DNA of 64,000 nucleotides, from the NCBI GenBank assembly GCA_016870455.1, contig VGBN01000001.1:5344-69343 (forward strand), read 5' to 3'. Source of the DNA: Actinomycetota bacterium (lineage in GTDB: Bacteria; Actinomycetota; Actinomycetes; Nanopelagicales; Nanopelagicaceae). Position 1 is the first letter of the stretch; every line of letters begins with the position of its first letter. A program made the position numbers and the translations under genes. Of this stretch, positions 19,966 to 29,654 are shown piece after piece. Below the pieces are notes generated by a model. That model ran no database searches and had not been told where the DNA came from. It saw only the letters and a program-made list of their open reading frames with translations.

Positions 19966-20229
19966 TTAAAGATTCGCAAAACCAACTCTGCGGTCAGCTG
20001 ATTCGCCAACTTCAACATAACTAATTTTGTTGTGTGGCACCAAAATTTCTCGGCCTCGACTATCTGTTAATGCCAGGACAGTTGCAGATTTAATAGCCTC
20101 ATTCACCTTGGCTATAACCTCAGATTGAGTACTCACCGTCTCAAAATTAATCTCATGTGTACTATCTGAAACGCCAATTTTCACTTCAGTTTTACTTGAA
20201 TTTTTACTTGCAGTTTTTGTAGTTGCCAT
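19966..20229 (-). CDS. DUF3107 family protein
   Basis: EVKIGV..., LTDSRGR..LVP...ISYVEVG....RRVGF. Confidence 0.88.
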   Translation of the reverse strand: MATTKTASKNSSKTEVKIGVSDSTHEINFETVSTQSEVIAKVNEAIKSATVLALTDSRGREILVPHNKISYVEVGESADRRVGFANL

Positions 20230-20266
20230 GCGATAACCCTATCTTTTGCTTGAAGGCATTGCGAAT

Positions 20267-20875
20267 TTAGGATTGTGATTTAGGAAACCCAGAGATGCCT
20301 CGCCAAATCAAATTCATCACTAACTCAGTGGCTCGTCTGCGGTCAATTTTTCCATCCCGATCTAGCCAGTGTCGAGCGGTTGTTTGGACTGTGCCAATAA
20401 TTCCCACCGCAAGCATCATAGATTCTTCCTTGCCTAACCCAGTGTCAATCGAGATCACAGCGCTAACAGCAGCTGCGCAGTCGTAAGTCATTCGATTGAG
20501 CCGCTCTCGTACCTGCGGCTCCAAATTCATATCGCTTTCAAAAAGAAGTCGAAAAGCCTCACCTTCTGAATCAATAAACCCAAAGTATGCCTCTACCGTT
20601 GCTGCCACTCTTGAAGAATTTTCTCGGTTAGATGCAATCGCTTTTTGGATAGCAAACACTAACGAATCAATATGCAAATCTAGGACTGCTAAATACAAAT
20701 CTAATTTTGATGGAAAGTGTTGATATAAAACTGGTTTACTGACATTTGCCCGGTCTGCAATCTCATCCATAGCCGCCGAGTGATACCCAGCTGCAGTAAA
20801 CATCTCTAGCGCTGCAACAAGAAGTTGCGCACGACGCTCATCTCTAGGTAATCGAGCAGACTTATCGTCGACCAT
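20267..20875 (-). CDS. TetR family transcriptional regulator
   Basis: RLPRDERRAQLL; HTH MDEIA..ANVSKPVLYQHFPSKLDLY. Confidence 0.93.
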   Translation of the reverse strand: MVDDKSARLPRDERRAQLLVAALEMFTAAGYHSAAMDEIADRANVSKPVLYQHFPSKLDLYLAVLDLHIDSLVFAIQKAIASNRENSSRVAATVEAYFGFIDSEGEAFRLLFESDMNLEPQVRERLNRMTYDCAAAVSAVISIDTGLGKEESMMLAVGIIGTVQTTARHWLDRDGKIDRRRATELVMNLIWRGISGFPKSQS

Positions 20876-20936
20876 GTGTGAATTCTAATCTGTTACCACT
20901 TACTTTGTCAGTTTATCCCATATTTATAGTTATATT

Positions 20937-21809
20937 GTGCGGGTGAAATCTGCTAAGAGATTGTTGCTAGTACATGCACACCCAGATGATGAAACAATTA
21001 ATAATGGTGCAACGATGGCGAAATATGCAGCCAATGGTGTTGATGTCACATTAGTCACCTGCACAAGAGGCGAGGAAGGTGAAGTTTTAGTTGATTCATT
21101 ACTTAACTTAGCCAGCGAGAAAGATGACAAGCTGGGTGAGCATCGTGAGATTGAATTGCAGGCTGCAATGGCTGAACTTGGTATAAAAGATTTTAGATTT
21201 CTTGGCTCACCCAATAAAAAGTGGCGAGATAGCGGAATGATGGGTACCCCACAAAATGAGCGGCCAGATGTATTTTGGAAAGCTGATTTAGATGAAGCAG
21301 CTAATGAGTTAGTAAAAGTTATTTTAGAAATCAAACCACAAGTTTTGATTACCTATGATGAATTTGGTGGTTATGGGCACCCTGATCACATCAAAGCCCA
21401 TCAGGTAGCGATGCGAGCCTCTGCGATTGCTAGCCAGCAAGGTTGGCAAATCAGCAAAATTTACTGGAACACAATGCCAAGGTCGGTTATCCAAATGGGG
21501 ATCGATAAAATGAAGGAGGTTGGCTCAGAGTTCTTTGGTGCTGAAAGTGCTGATGATCTTCCCTTTGCCAAACCTGATGAATTAGTTACCTCGGTGGTTA
21601 ACGCACCGGAGTATGTCGTGCAGAAGTTAGCGGCCATGAAGGCTCATGCAACGCAAATCTCAGTAGATGGTCCATTCTTTGCCCTATCTAACAATCTTGG
21701 TTTATCTGTCTGGGCAGATGAGTACTACACCTTAGTAAAGGGTGAGGCTAGTGAGCCATTTGATGACAAAGGGCGTGAGATAGATTTGTTTGCTGGTATC
21801 AAGCAATGA
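20937..21809 (+). CDS. mshB: GlcNAc-Ins deacetylase (mycothiol biosynthesis)
   Basis: VHAHPDDE, TCTRGEEGE, WRDSGM, GGYGHPDH, AHATQ, FALSN. Confidence 0.9.
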   Translation: MRVKSAKRLLLVHAHPDDETINNGATMAKYAANGVDVTLVTCTRGEEGEVLVDSLLNLASEKDDKLGEHREIELQAAMAELGIKDFRFLGSPNKKWRDSGMMGTPQNERPDVFWKADLDEAANELVKVILEIKPQVLITYDEFGGYGHPDHIKAHQVAMRASAIASQQGWQISKIYWNTMPRSVIQMGIDKMKEVGSEFFGAESADDLPFAKPDELVTSVVNAPEYVVQKLAAMKAHATQISVDGPFFALSNNLGLSVWADEYYTLVKGEASEPFDDKGREIDLFAGIKQ

Positions 21810-22129
21810 ATTTACTAAAGAGCACTCTCTTTGGGGCGCTAATTGGGTTTTGCGGCACCATGTTGCACAACTACAGCCAACCTTTTGGTTTTGTTGTTAG
21901 CTTGGTTTTGACCTACCTAGGTTTTAAAGTTATCGGACAAAAATTTATCTATCTTCGCTACCAAATTTTTGCCTCCGCTAGCTGGCTAGCGATAGTAATT
22001 AGAGCCGGCACCCCGTGGTCAGGAGATGAAATCTTGATTACTGGTAATACCTATGGAAATCTATTTGCGCTGGGTGGATTTATCGCAATCATAATTGCCA
22101 TGGTGAAGAGTCGATCAAAGTTTAATTGA
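21806..22129 (+). CDS. Small membrane protein coupled to mshB
   Basis: 3-4 hydrophobic segments; ATGA overlap with mshB. Confidence 0.7.
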   Translation: MNLLKSTLFGALIGFCGTMLHNYSQPFGFVVSLVLTYLGFKVIGQKFIYLRYQIFASASWLAIVIRAGTPWSGDEILITGNTYGNLFALGGFIAIIIAMVKSRSKFN

Positions 22130-23522
22130 TAATCCAATCCCAACTTTGGCCACTCTTGCCATCCTTAACTGAAATACCTAGTTTTTCCAATTGATCACGC
22201 AGGCGATCACTTTCAGGAAAATTCCCCGATTTCCTAGCGACCTCTCTTTGTTGCAAGATTATTTCGGCTTCAGGGGATAAGGATTTTTGAGTTACCTGAT
22301 TTAGTAGATTCAAACCAAATAATTGATCGACCTCCTTAAATACCTGATATTTGCAACCATCACTTATGGATTCAGATTTTTCTAGCGATCTTAATTTTTG
22401 TAGGGCTCTTGGAGTATCTAAATCATTGATAAAATCATTAACAATCTCTTGGATAAGTTTTGCACTTTGTGATAAATCAGAATTAGCATCCTTTTGCCAT
22501 AGCTGTATCTTTTCTCGCCACCGTTGAAGCAGAGTGTGAGCTGCTTTGAGACTTTGCCAACTTAAATCCATCTGACTTCGATACCTATTTTCTAAAAAGC
22601 ATAACCTCAGCGCCAATGGATCGAGATTTTTTTCAATCAAGTCAGATACCAAAACCACATTGCCACTGCTTTTGGCCATCTTTCTACCCTCAAACAAAAG
22701 ATGCTCACCATGCACCCAAAGCTCAACCGCCTCTTGGTCAATTGTGCAGTTTGATTGTGCTCGTTCATCTTCATGATGGGGAAATCTCAAATCGATTCCA
22801 CCCAGGTGTAGATCAACAAAGTTATCTAAATAATGCAGTGACATGGCTGAGCACTCAATATGCCAACCTGGAAAACCCTTTCCCCATGGTGAGTCCCAGA
22901 TCATCTGAGTGCGATCACCTGCTGCCTTCCAGAGCGCCCAATCGGCGTGAAATCTCTTTGCGCCAGCTTCGGTATATTCAAATCGATGTCCTGGTTTTAG
23001 TGAATCCAATCGGTTTCCACTGATTGCGCCATACCCAGGAAAAGATTGTGCCGAAAAATAAACACAACCATCGCTACCAAGATAAGCATGTTCTTTTTCG
23101 ATCAGCTTTGATATCAAATCTTGCATCATTTCTATACATTCACTGGCTCGTGGATATTTATCAGCAGGTGAAATATTTAAATGAGATAAATCCTTATGGT
23201 AGCGAGCCTCGTAAATTCTGGCTATTTCAAATGGATCTTTTGACTCAGCTTTAGCTTGAGCAAGAATTTTATCCTCTACAAAATCCTCCGACATATGTCC
23301 AACATCGGTAATATTTTGAATAAACTCAACCTTAAATCCAAGGTATTTTGCACATCTTGTGACTAAATCACCCAGCAGAAAAGTGCGCATATTTCCAACG
23401 TGAGCATCTCGATATACGGTTGGTCCACAACTATAAATTCTTACTCTCTTACCATCACTACTTTTTAATGGCTGCAACTGCCTACTTTTAGTATCAAATA
23501 ACAACAAATTTTCATTTTTCAT
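22122..23522 (-). CDS. cysS: Cysteine--tRNA ligase
   Basis: CGPTVY..HVGN, PGWHIECSAM, DLRFPHHE, KMAKS, C-terminal anticodon-binding region (SDRLRDQL..GI.VKD). Confidence 0.92.
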   Translation of the reverse strand: MKNENLLLFDTKSRQLQPLKSSDGKRVRIYSCGPTVYRDAHVGNMRTFLLGDLVTRCAKYLGFKVEFIQNITDVGHMSEDFVEDKILAQAKAESKDPFEIARIYEARYHKDLSHLNISPADKYPRASECIEMMQDLISKLIEKEHAYLGSDGCVYFSAQSFPGYGAISGNRLDSLKPGHRFEYTEAGAKRFHADWALWKAAGDRTQMIWDSPWGKGFPGWHIECSAMSLHYLDNFVDLHLGGIDLRFPHHEDERAQSNCTIDQEAVELWVHGEHLLFEGRKMAKSSGNVVLVSDLIEKNLDPLALRLCFLENRYRSQMDLSWQSLKAAHTLLQRWREKIQLWQKDANSDLSQSAKLIQEIVNDFINDLDTPRALQKLRSLEKSESISDGCKYQVFKEVDQLFGLNLLNQVTQKSLSPEAEIILQQREVARKSGNFPESDRLRDQLEKLGISVKDGKSGQSWDWIIN

Positions 23523-23701
23523 TTATTTGGAACCACCTTCCAAATAGCAATCTTTGTTGGATCAAATGTAACTAGGGTGCCATCTTTCTTTCGGAGTGTG
23601 TTTTCACTCTCTAAAACACCGAGAATATCCCGAAACCCACCAGCTGGATCATGCAGGCGAATGGTGACCCGCTGACCTACTTGCGCCGCAGATGGCTGCA
23701 C
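23519..23701 (-). CDS. Small protein resembling the N-terminal domain of actinobacterial GNAT acetyltransferases
   Basis: VGQRVTIRL....GFRDILGVL pattern; GGAGG RBS; ATGA overlap with cysS. Confidence 0.7.
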   Translation of the reverse strand: MQPSAAQVGQRVTIRLHDPAGGFRDILGVLESENTLRKKDGTLVTFDPTKIAIWKVVPNK

Positions 23702-23794
23702 TTGACCCCCTCCATTAAACTCACCTGCCGTCAGAGTATGAGTTAATGGCAGTATTCTCTACCTATATAGTCAGATATAACTGTAAGGAGTAGC

Positions 23795-24115
23795 GTGACC
23801 TACATAATCGCTCAACCATGTGTTGATGTTAAAGATAAGTCCTGCATCGAAGAGTGCCCAGTGGATTGCATCTATGAGGGTGAGCGAATGCTTTATATCC
23901 AACCTGATGAGTGTGTTGATTGTGGTGCCTGTGAACCGGTATGTCCGGTAGAGGCGATTTACTATGAGGATGATGTGCCTTCACAATGGAAGAGTTACAG
24001 CGAAATTAATACCAAATTTTTTGTGGAGATTGGCTCCCCTGGTGGCGCAGCTAAGTTAGGGCCAGTTGGTAAAGATCATGAAGCAGTTGCTGCCTTGCCA
24101 CCTCAAGAAAAGTAG
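23795..24115 (+). CDS. fdxA: 7Fe ferredoxin
   Basis: TYIIAQPCVDVKDKSCIEECPVDCIY...CVDCGACEPVCP; AAGGAG RBS. Confidence 0.96.
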   Translation: MTYIIAQPCVDVKDKSCIEECPVDCIYEGERMLYIQPDECVDCGACEPVCPVEAIYYEDDVPSQWKSYSEINTKFFVEIGSPGGAAKLGPVGKDHEAVAALPPQEK

Positions 24116-24121
24116 GCAAAC

Positions 24122-25168
24122 CTGAATCTGCCAGATTTTCCTTGGGATCTTTTGGCGCCCTTTGGTGATAAAGCTCGAAAATATCCAGGCGGGTTTATTG
24201 ATCTTTCACAAGGAACACCGGTTGATCCAACCCCACAATTTATTCAAAATGCATTTTCAGCAGCAAGTAACTCACCAAGTTATCCAGTAGTTGCTGGTAC
24301 TGCTACTTTAAAAGATGCCATTAGAAAGTGGTCAATTGAGAAGTTAGGAGCAAGTGGCGAGTTTGATGTCCTGCCAACCATTGGTTCAAAGGAGTTTATT
24401 GCGCTGTTGCCAACCTTTTTGCAAAGTAAAAAGGTTTTATACCCCAAGGTTGCCTATCCCACATATTTGGTAAGTGCACTAATGGCCTCGGCACAGGCTA
24501 CTGCGGTGGAGATTGATGCAGGTACCTGGCCGGCAGCAGATTTAGCCTGGTTAAACTCACCATCAAATCCAACTGGCCAGGTGCAGACAGATCAGGAGTT
24601 AACAGCTTGTATTAATTGGGCTCGGAAAAATAAATCTATTTTGGCAAGTGATGAGTGCTATCTAAGCTTTTCCAGTAATGCTAAATCGATTTTGGCATTA
24701 GCTAATGGTGATAACACAGGACTAATAGCAGTTTTATCACTCTCGAAGCGATCTAATTTGGCTGGCTATCGAGCAGGTTTTGTGGTGGGAGATAGCAAAG
24801 TAATTGATCAGATTAGGCAGGTTAGAAAGCATGCCGGTTTGATGGTGCCACTGCCGGTGCAGCAGGCGATGATTACCGCGTTATCTGATGAAAATCATGT
24901 AAAAGAACAGGCAGAAAGATATAACAGGCGTCGACAGGTGCTCAAGCAGGCGCTATTAAGCAAGGGATTTAAGGTCGAATATAGCGAAGCTGGTTTGTAT
25001 ATCTGGTGCACCAAGGGTGAAGATGGGTATAAAACCGTTGATTACTTTGCAAATTTAGGCATTTTGGTAACACCAGGAGCTTTTTATGGCAGTGATAACT
25101 TTGTGCGAATTGCATTAACAGCTACCGATGAGAGTATTAAAAAAGCAGCAGATCGGGTTAGCCAATGA
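24122..25168 (+). CDS. dapC: N-succinyldiaminopimelate aminotransferase (start tentatively CTG 24122)
   Basis: LPDFPWD N-terminal motif, DLSQGTPVDP, NSPSNPTG, SDECY, SLSKRSNLAGYRAG. Confidence 0.9.
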   Translation: MNLPDFPWDLLAPFGDKARKYPGGFIDLSQGTPVDPTPQFIQNAFSAASNSPSYPVVAGTATLKDAIRKWSIEKLGASGEFDVLPTIGSKEFIALLPTFLQSKKVLYPKVAYPTYLVSALMASAQATAVEIDAGTWPAADLAWLNSPSNPTGQVQTDQELTACINWARKNKSILASDECYLSFSSNAKSILALANGDNTGLIAVLSLSKRSNLAGYRAGFVVGDSKVIDQIRQVRKHAGLMVPLPVQQAMITALSDENHVKEQAERYNRRRQVLKQALLSKGFKVEYSEAGLYIWCTKGEDGYKTVDYFANLGILVTPGAFYGSDNFVRIALTATDESIKKAADRVSQ

Positions 25169-26136
25169 AAACTGGGGCAATTTTGTTAGTGGGTGGAAAG
25201 GGTACCCGGTTGTTACCCCTCACCTTAAAAACCCCTAAGCCAATGTTAAAAGTAGCAGGTGTGCCTTTTACTGAACACCAGATTAGAAAAGCAGCAGCAG
25301 CTGGAATTGCTGAAATAGTTTTAGCCACATCTTATAAATCTGAGTTATTTGAGCCTTACTTTGGAGATGGGCAAAAATTTGGAATCAAGATTAAGTATGC
25401 GGTAGAGCACTCCGCCTTGGGCACTGGTGGTGGAATTAGAAATGCAGCAAAGCTGCTCTCAGATTGCGAACAGGTAGTAATTTTTAATGGTGATGTATTA
25501 AGCGGCCACAATCTAACTGGTCAGATGGAGTTTCACCAACAAAAGCAGGCAGATCTAACCTTGTACCTAACCCAGGTAGAGGATGCTCGAGCTTATGGTT
25601 GTGTTGAGCTGTCAGAAAACAACCAGATTAAATCCTTTTTAGAGAAGATGGAAAACCCAATTAGCAATCTGATCAATGCTGGCTGTTATATATTTAATAA
25701 AGATGTAATTGATCAGATACCAGCAGATCAGGTAGTAAGTGTGGAGAGAGATACCTTTCCTGCCCTCTTGGCAGCTACAAGAAAAGCATTTGGATATTTA
25801 GATAACTCATACTGGCTTGATATCGGCACACCAGCAGCCTTAGTGAAGGCATCAGCTGATTTAGTAAGTGGGGTTATCACCTCGTTAGCCACCCCAAAGC
25901 ACTCACAAGATGCATTAATTTTCCCATCGGCAAAGATTGGATCAGGTTCGGTAGTTAACAAAGGTTGTGTAATTGAAGATAAAGTTGTAATCCAGAGTAA
26001 TTGCCAAATTAGTGGATCAATTATTGGCGAGGGTGCAAAAATTGGTGCTAATTGCAAAATAATTGACTCCATAATCGCCCCTGGGGCTCAAATTGAGGCT
26101 GGAATGGTGGTCTTAACCAATTATTTAGGCTTTTAA
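25165..26136 (+). CDS. Mannose-1-phosphate guanylyltransferase-like NDP-sugar synthase
   Basis: LVGGKGTRL.PLT..PKPML, LGTGG, FNGD, INAGCY, WLDIGTP; C-terminal beta-helix. Confidence 0.88.
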   Translation: MKTGAILLVGGKGTRLLPLTLKTPKPMLKVAGVPFTEHQIRKAAAAGIAEIVLATSYKSELFEPYFGDGQKFGIKIKYAVEHSALGTGGGIRNAAKLLSDCEQVVIFNGDVLSGHNLTGQMEFHQQKQADLTLYLTQVEDARAYGCVELSENNQIKSFLEKMENPISNLINAGCYIFNKDVIDQIPADQVVSVERDTFPALLAATRKAFGYLDNSYWLDIGTPAALVKASADLVSGVITSLATPKHSQDALIFPSAKIGSGSVVNKGCVIEDKVVIQSNCQISGSIIGEGAKIGANCKIIDSIIAPGAQIEAGMVVLTNYLGF

Positions 26137-26162
26137 TTCTCCCCAATTTGCATACTCCCGAC

Positions 26163-26191
26163 TTGACTTAATCGAGTTACAAGCGTGTAAT
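26163..26191 (+). promoter_or_regulatory. Housekeeping-sigma-type promoter of whiB2
   Basis: TTGACT-N17-TGTAAT; the -10 overlaps the inverted repeat TTACA-agcg-TGTAA. Confidence 0.55.
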
Positions 26192-26259
26192 TATCCTATT
26201 AGCGGGCAGACCCCTAGCCCTAAGGTTTCTAGGCAGCACCGATTATTTCTAGGAGAGAT

Positions 26260-26526
26260 ATGCCAGAACAAGATGCAGATTTATCAGCCCTGATAGTTAA
26301 CTCAGAACAGCTTTCCTGGCAGGAGCGCGCCCTATGCGCCCAGACTGATCCTGAGGCCTTCTTTCCTGAGAAGGGTGGATCCACCAGAGAGGCAAAACGA
26401 GTCTGCCTATCCTGTGAGGTTCGGGCTGAGTGTTTGGAGTATGCCCTAGCTCATGATGAGCGGTTTGGAATTTGGGGTGGATTATCTGAACGTGAGCGTC
26501 GTCGCTTAAAGCGCCGTAGCGCATAA
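26260..26526 (+). CDS. whiB2: WhiB family Fe-S regulator (WhiB2/WhmD type)
   Basis: WQERALCAQTDPEAFFPEKGGSTREAK..C..CEVRAECL...GIWGGLSERERR. Confidence 0.95.
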   Translation: MPEQDADLSALIVNSEQLSWQERALCAQTDPEAFFPEKGGSTREAKRVCLSCEVRAECLEYALAHDERFGIWGGLSERERRRLKRRSA

Positions 26527-26534
26527 AATTACGG

Positions 26535-29500
26535 GTGGCTGAAAAGCAAAGCACCAGGGCGATAGCCCAAGTTCAAGACCAGTATGTAACAGCTGTTTTA
26601 GTTACCCATGATGGCGTTACCTGGCTAAGTGAGGTTGTGGCTTCACTTTCCTCGCAAAAACATAAGGTTGATCAAATCATTGCTGTTGATACCGGCTCAG
26701 TTGATGGGTCGGTTAAGTTGTTAAGTAATGCTGGCATTGAGGTAATTAAAAAATCTAGACGAACTGGTTTTGGTGCAGCGATCTCTGCAGCGGTTGCAAA
26801 ACTTCCACCAATTGATGAAGAAGAAAATTTGCAGGAATGGCTTTGGATATTACATGATGATTGCGCACCAGATCGATACGCATTAGCTAAGTTGTTAGAG
26901 GCGGTGGTTGCCAGACCACAGGTTGGAATTGCCGGACCAAAGATTTTGGGTTGGTATGACCGCAAACATATTTTAGAAGTCGGAGTGAGCATCACAGAAA
27001 ATGGCACTCGCTGGACTGGGTTAGAGGATCGAGAACATGACCAAGGCCAGCATGATGAGATAAAGGATGTGTTGGCGGTAAGCACCGCCGGAATGTTAAT
27101 TAAACGCTCACTGTTTGAGGAGTTAGGTGGGTTTGATCCCAGCCTTGAATTATTTAGGGATGATGCTGATCTAGGTTGGCGAACACGTATTGCCGGCCAC
27201 TCGGTGGTTTGTGTGGGTCAGGCAATTCTCTATCACGCAGAGGCCGCCTCATCAGAGCGAAGATCTGTTGATGTACGAGATGCAATTTTGCACCGACCAT
27301 TGCTCTTAGATAGAAGAAATGCAGCTTTTGTACTGCTAGCTAACTCAAGTTGGTGGATATTGCCATGGGTTGCACTTCAGCTGCTATTTACATCTATTGG
27401 TAGGTCAATTATTTATTTACTTGCCAAACTTCCAGGGTATGCAGCTGATGAGATTGCTGCCGTTGGTTTATTAATCTTCAAGCCCGCAGACTTGATTAAA
27501 TCGCGCCGGTATCGTAGGAAAAGTCGGGTGCTAACTGCTCGCGTCATTACCCCATTTATTCCAAGCCGCAGCTTACAGATTAGATCAATCATTGAACGGA
27601 TCTCATCTTCACTGGTCAATGCTTTTAAACCAAACCGTGGCAAGGGTGAGATAACTCGTGCGAAGAATTACTCAGATCTGGGTGTAATTGATGAAAGTTT
27701 TGATGAAATTCAATATCAATCAAGTAGAAGTTTCGCAAAGATTCGATCATTGGTTAGACAACCATTGTTATTTGGCGTCATGCTCACTTTATTCATATCA
27801 CTTATCTATTCAAGAAATCGCTTTGGATCAATCTCAGGTGGCGCACTTGCCGTTGCACCTGCCAGCGCATTTGAAATGATCGCCTCATTTGTAAATTCAT
27901 GGCACTTAGTTGGATTGGGTAGTAGCTCAGCCGCACCAGCATGGATACCCATAATTGGTATTGCATCATTTATAACAGCGGCTAATCCACAAACATTTAT
28001 TACATTGCTATTTTTCTTAACTCCAACCTTATTGTTTATTCTAAGTTATCGAGCCGCTCGAAAGTACTCCCTCACTAAGTACTCCAGTGTGTTTGTTGCT
28101 TTTATGTACTCATTCTCACCAGTAATCATCACTGCGATAAATCAAGGGCGGTTGGGAACCATAGTTGTGGCAATTTTATTGCCAACCCTTTTTACCTTAC
28201 TTGAAAAACACAAAGGGTTACTAAATTTAACCTGGCGTAAGATTTTTTCAATCGCCTTAATAGCCTCAGTTGCGGCGGCATTTTCACCACTATTTTTACT
28301 GGGTTGGATTGTATTTCACATGGTTGCCTTAATATCTAGTTACCTCACCTTGCCAAACTGGAAAACTATTAAGTGGCAGGAGATTTTAAAAAATCTAGAT
28401 AATGGCGAGCATAAAAGACGAGCAGCGCTGATTTTGACGCCAATTTTTATAAATGTGCCAATCTCTTTCAATCTAATCTTGAATCCAATCTCTGCATTAA
28501 ATGAGTCAGGATTAGCTGTTGAATCAGCTGGTCAACTTTGGGTCCTACTGTTTAATCCAGGTGGTATGGGCTCACCACCACTATATCTGCTAGCACCTTT
28601 TGCTCTTTATTTGATTGTTTCATTGATTTCAAGAGACCAACGAAAAGTTGCTACAACATCATTGCTAGTAATTTCCTTAGCAGCAACATTGAGTTCATAT
28701 TTCATAGCTGGAAATAGCAGCAGTGCTCAGCGCATTTGGAGTGGTCCACTAATTATTTTTGCTCAGCTGTTAACGTTACTTGCTTTTTTTGCAATAGTAG
28801 AACGATCAATTCCTCAACTGAGGCAAAGCAACTTTGGTTTTAAACATGTTGGCTTAGCACTAACATCAGTTATCACCGTTGTATCAATGCTTTCAATAGC
28901 AATTTGGACTGCAACTACGGGAGCAAACTCCTTGGTTCGATCAAATCAAGAGCAGGTGATCCCAGCATTTATTAGTGATTTAGCCTCAACAACTGAAAGA
29001 CCAAAGACACTGGTGATAAGAAAAAGTCCAGAACAGTTACAGTACTTTGTTACTAGAGGTGGAGATTTACAAATTGGTAATGCCGATGTTGCTAGCCAAA
29101 TTCCAGCTCAATTTCATCAAACAATTGTGGACCTAGTTAATGGCGTAGGTGGCAGCAGTAGTCAGATTCTTGGATATTATGGAATTCAGTATGTCTTTAT
29201 GAAGAATCCAGCAGATGCCGGTCTTGTGCGAATTATTGATGGCATTGGTGGATTTACTAGAAGTTCTGCGACCAAAGATGGCGTAGTTTGGAAGGTTGAT
29301 AAAGCCCATGCTCGAGTCACCTATCAAAATACTGCCGGTAAATTTTTCCCAATTTCATCAACTGACAAAGCGGCGATCGGCTTTGTTCCTGGTGAGGGGG
29401 TAATTTTACTAGCAGAAAAATTTGATACCTCGTGGCAATTATTGTTAAATGGAAAAGTAGTGCCGTTAGAGCAGCACCCCTTTGGAGTTCCTTCTTTTAA

Positions 29501-29654
29501 GATTGCAGAGCCGGGTGAAATTTCTTTAACTCATAACGGGACTAGTCGGCGAGGATGGATCTCTATCCAGATAATTGCCTTACTTACTGCGATCGTATTG
29601 GCCCTACCAGCAGGTCGTAAGCGTCGTGAGGTGCCGCTGGAGGAGCTGGTATGA
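26535..29654 (+). CDS. Large GT2 glycosyltransferase with multi-pass membrane domain
   Basis: N-terminal GT2 (VDTGS.D, WLWILHDD, GGFDP) followed by many TM helices and an extracytoplasmic domain. Confidence 0.88.
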   Translation: MAEKQSTRAIAQVQDQYVTAVLVTHDGVTWLSEVVASLSSQKHKVDQIIAVDTGSVDGSVKLLSNAGIEVIKKSRRTGFGAAISAAVAKLPPIDEEENLQEWLWILHDDCAPDRYALAKLLEAVVARPQVGIAGPKILGWYDRKHILEVGVSITENGTRWTGLEDREHDQGQHDEIKDVLAVSTAGMLIKRSLFEELGGFDPSLELFRDDADLGWRTRIAGHSVVCVGQAILYHAEAASSERRSVDVRDAILHRPLLLDRRNAAFVLLANSSWWILPWVALQLLFTSIGRSIIYLLAKLPGYAADEIAAVGLLIFKPADLIKSRRYRRKSRVLTARVITPFIPSRSLQIRSIIERISSSLVNAFKPNRGKGEITRAKNYSDLGVIDESFDEIQYQSSRSFAKIRSLVRQPLLFGVMLTLFISLIYSRNRFGSISGGALAVAPASAFEMIASFVNSWHLVGLGSSSAAPAWIPIIGIASFITAANPQTFITLLFFLTPTLLFILSYRAARKYSLTKYSSVFVAFMYSFSPVIITAINQGRLGTIVVAILLPTLFTLLEKHKGLLNLTWRKIFSIALIASVAAAFSPLFLLGWIVFHMVALISSYLTLPNWKTIKWQEILKNLDNGEHKRRAALILTPIFINVPISFNLILNPISALNESGLAVESAGQLWVLLFNPGGMGSPPLYLLAPFALYLIVSLISRDQRKVATTSLLVISLAATLSSYFIAGNSSSAQRIWSGPLIIFAQLLTLLAFFAIVERSIPQLRQSNFGFKHVGLALTSVITVVSMLSIAIWTATTGANSLVRSNQEQVIPAFISDLASTTERPKTLVIRKSPEQLQYFVTRGGDLQIGNADVASQIPAQFHQTIVDLVNGVGGSSSQILGYYGIQYVFMKNPADAGLVRIIDGIGGFTRSSATKDGVVWKVDKAHARVTYQNTAGKFFPISSTDKAAIGFVPGEGVILLAEKFDTSWQLLLNGKVVPLEQHPFGVPSFKIAEPGEISLTHNGTSRRGWISIQIIALLTAIVLALPAGRKRREVPLEELV

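Noticed and set aside
22122-23522. MshC call for the Cys ligase near mshB
   Set aside because: It has a C-terminal anticodon-binding region, which MshC lacks.
25900-26110. Repetitive-looking sequence at the end of the NDP-sugar synthase (also in dapD)
   Set aside because: Explained by hexapeptide beta-helix protein repeats, not a DNA repeat.
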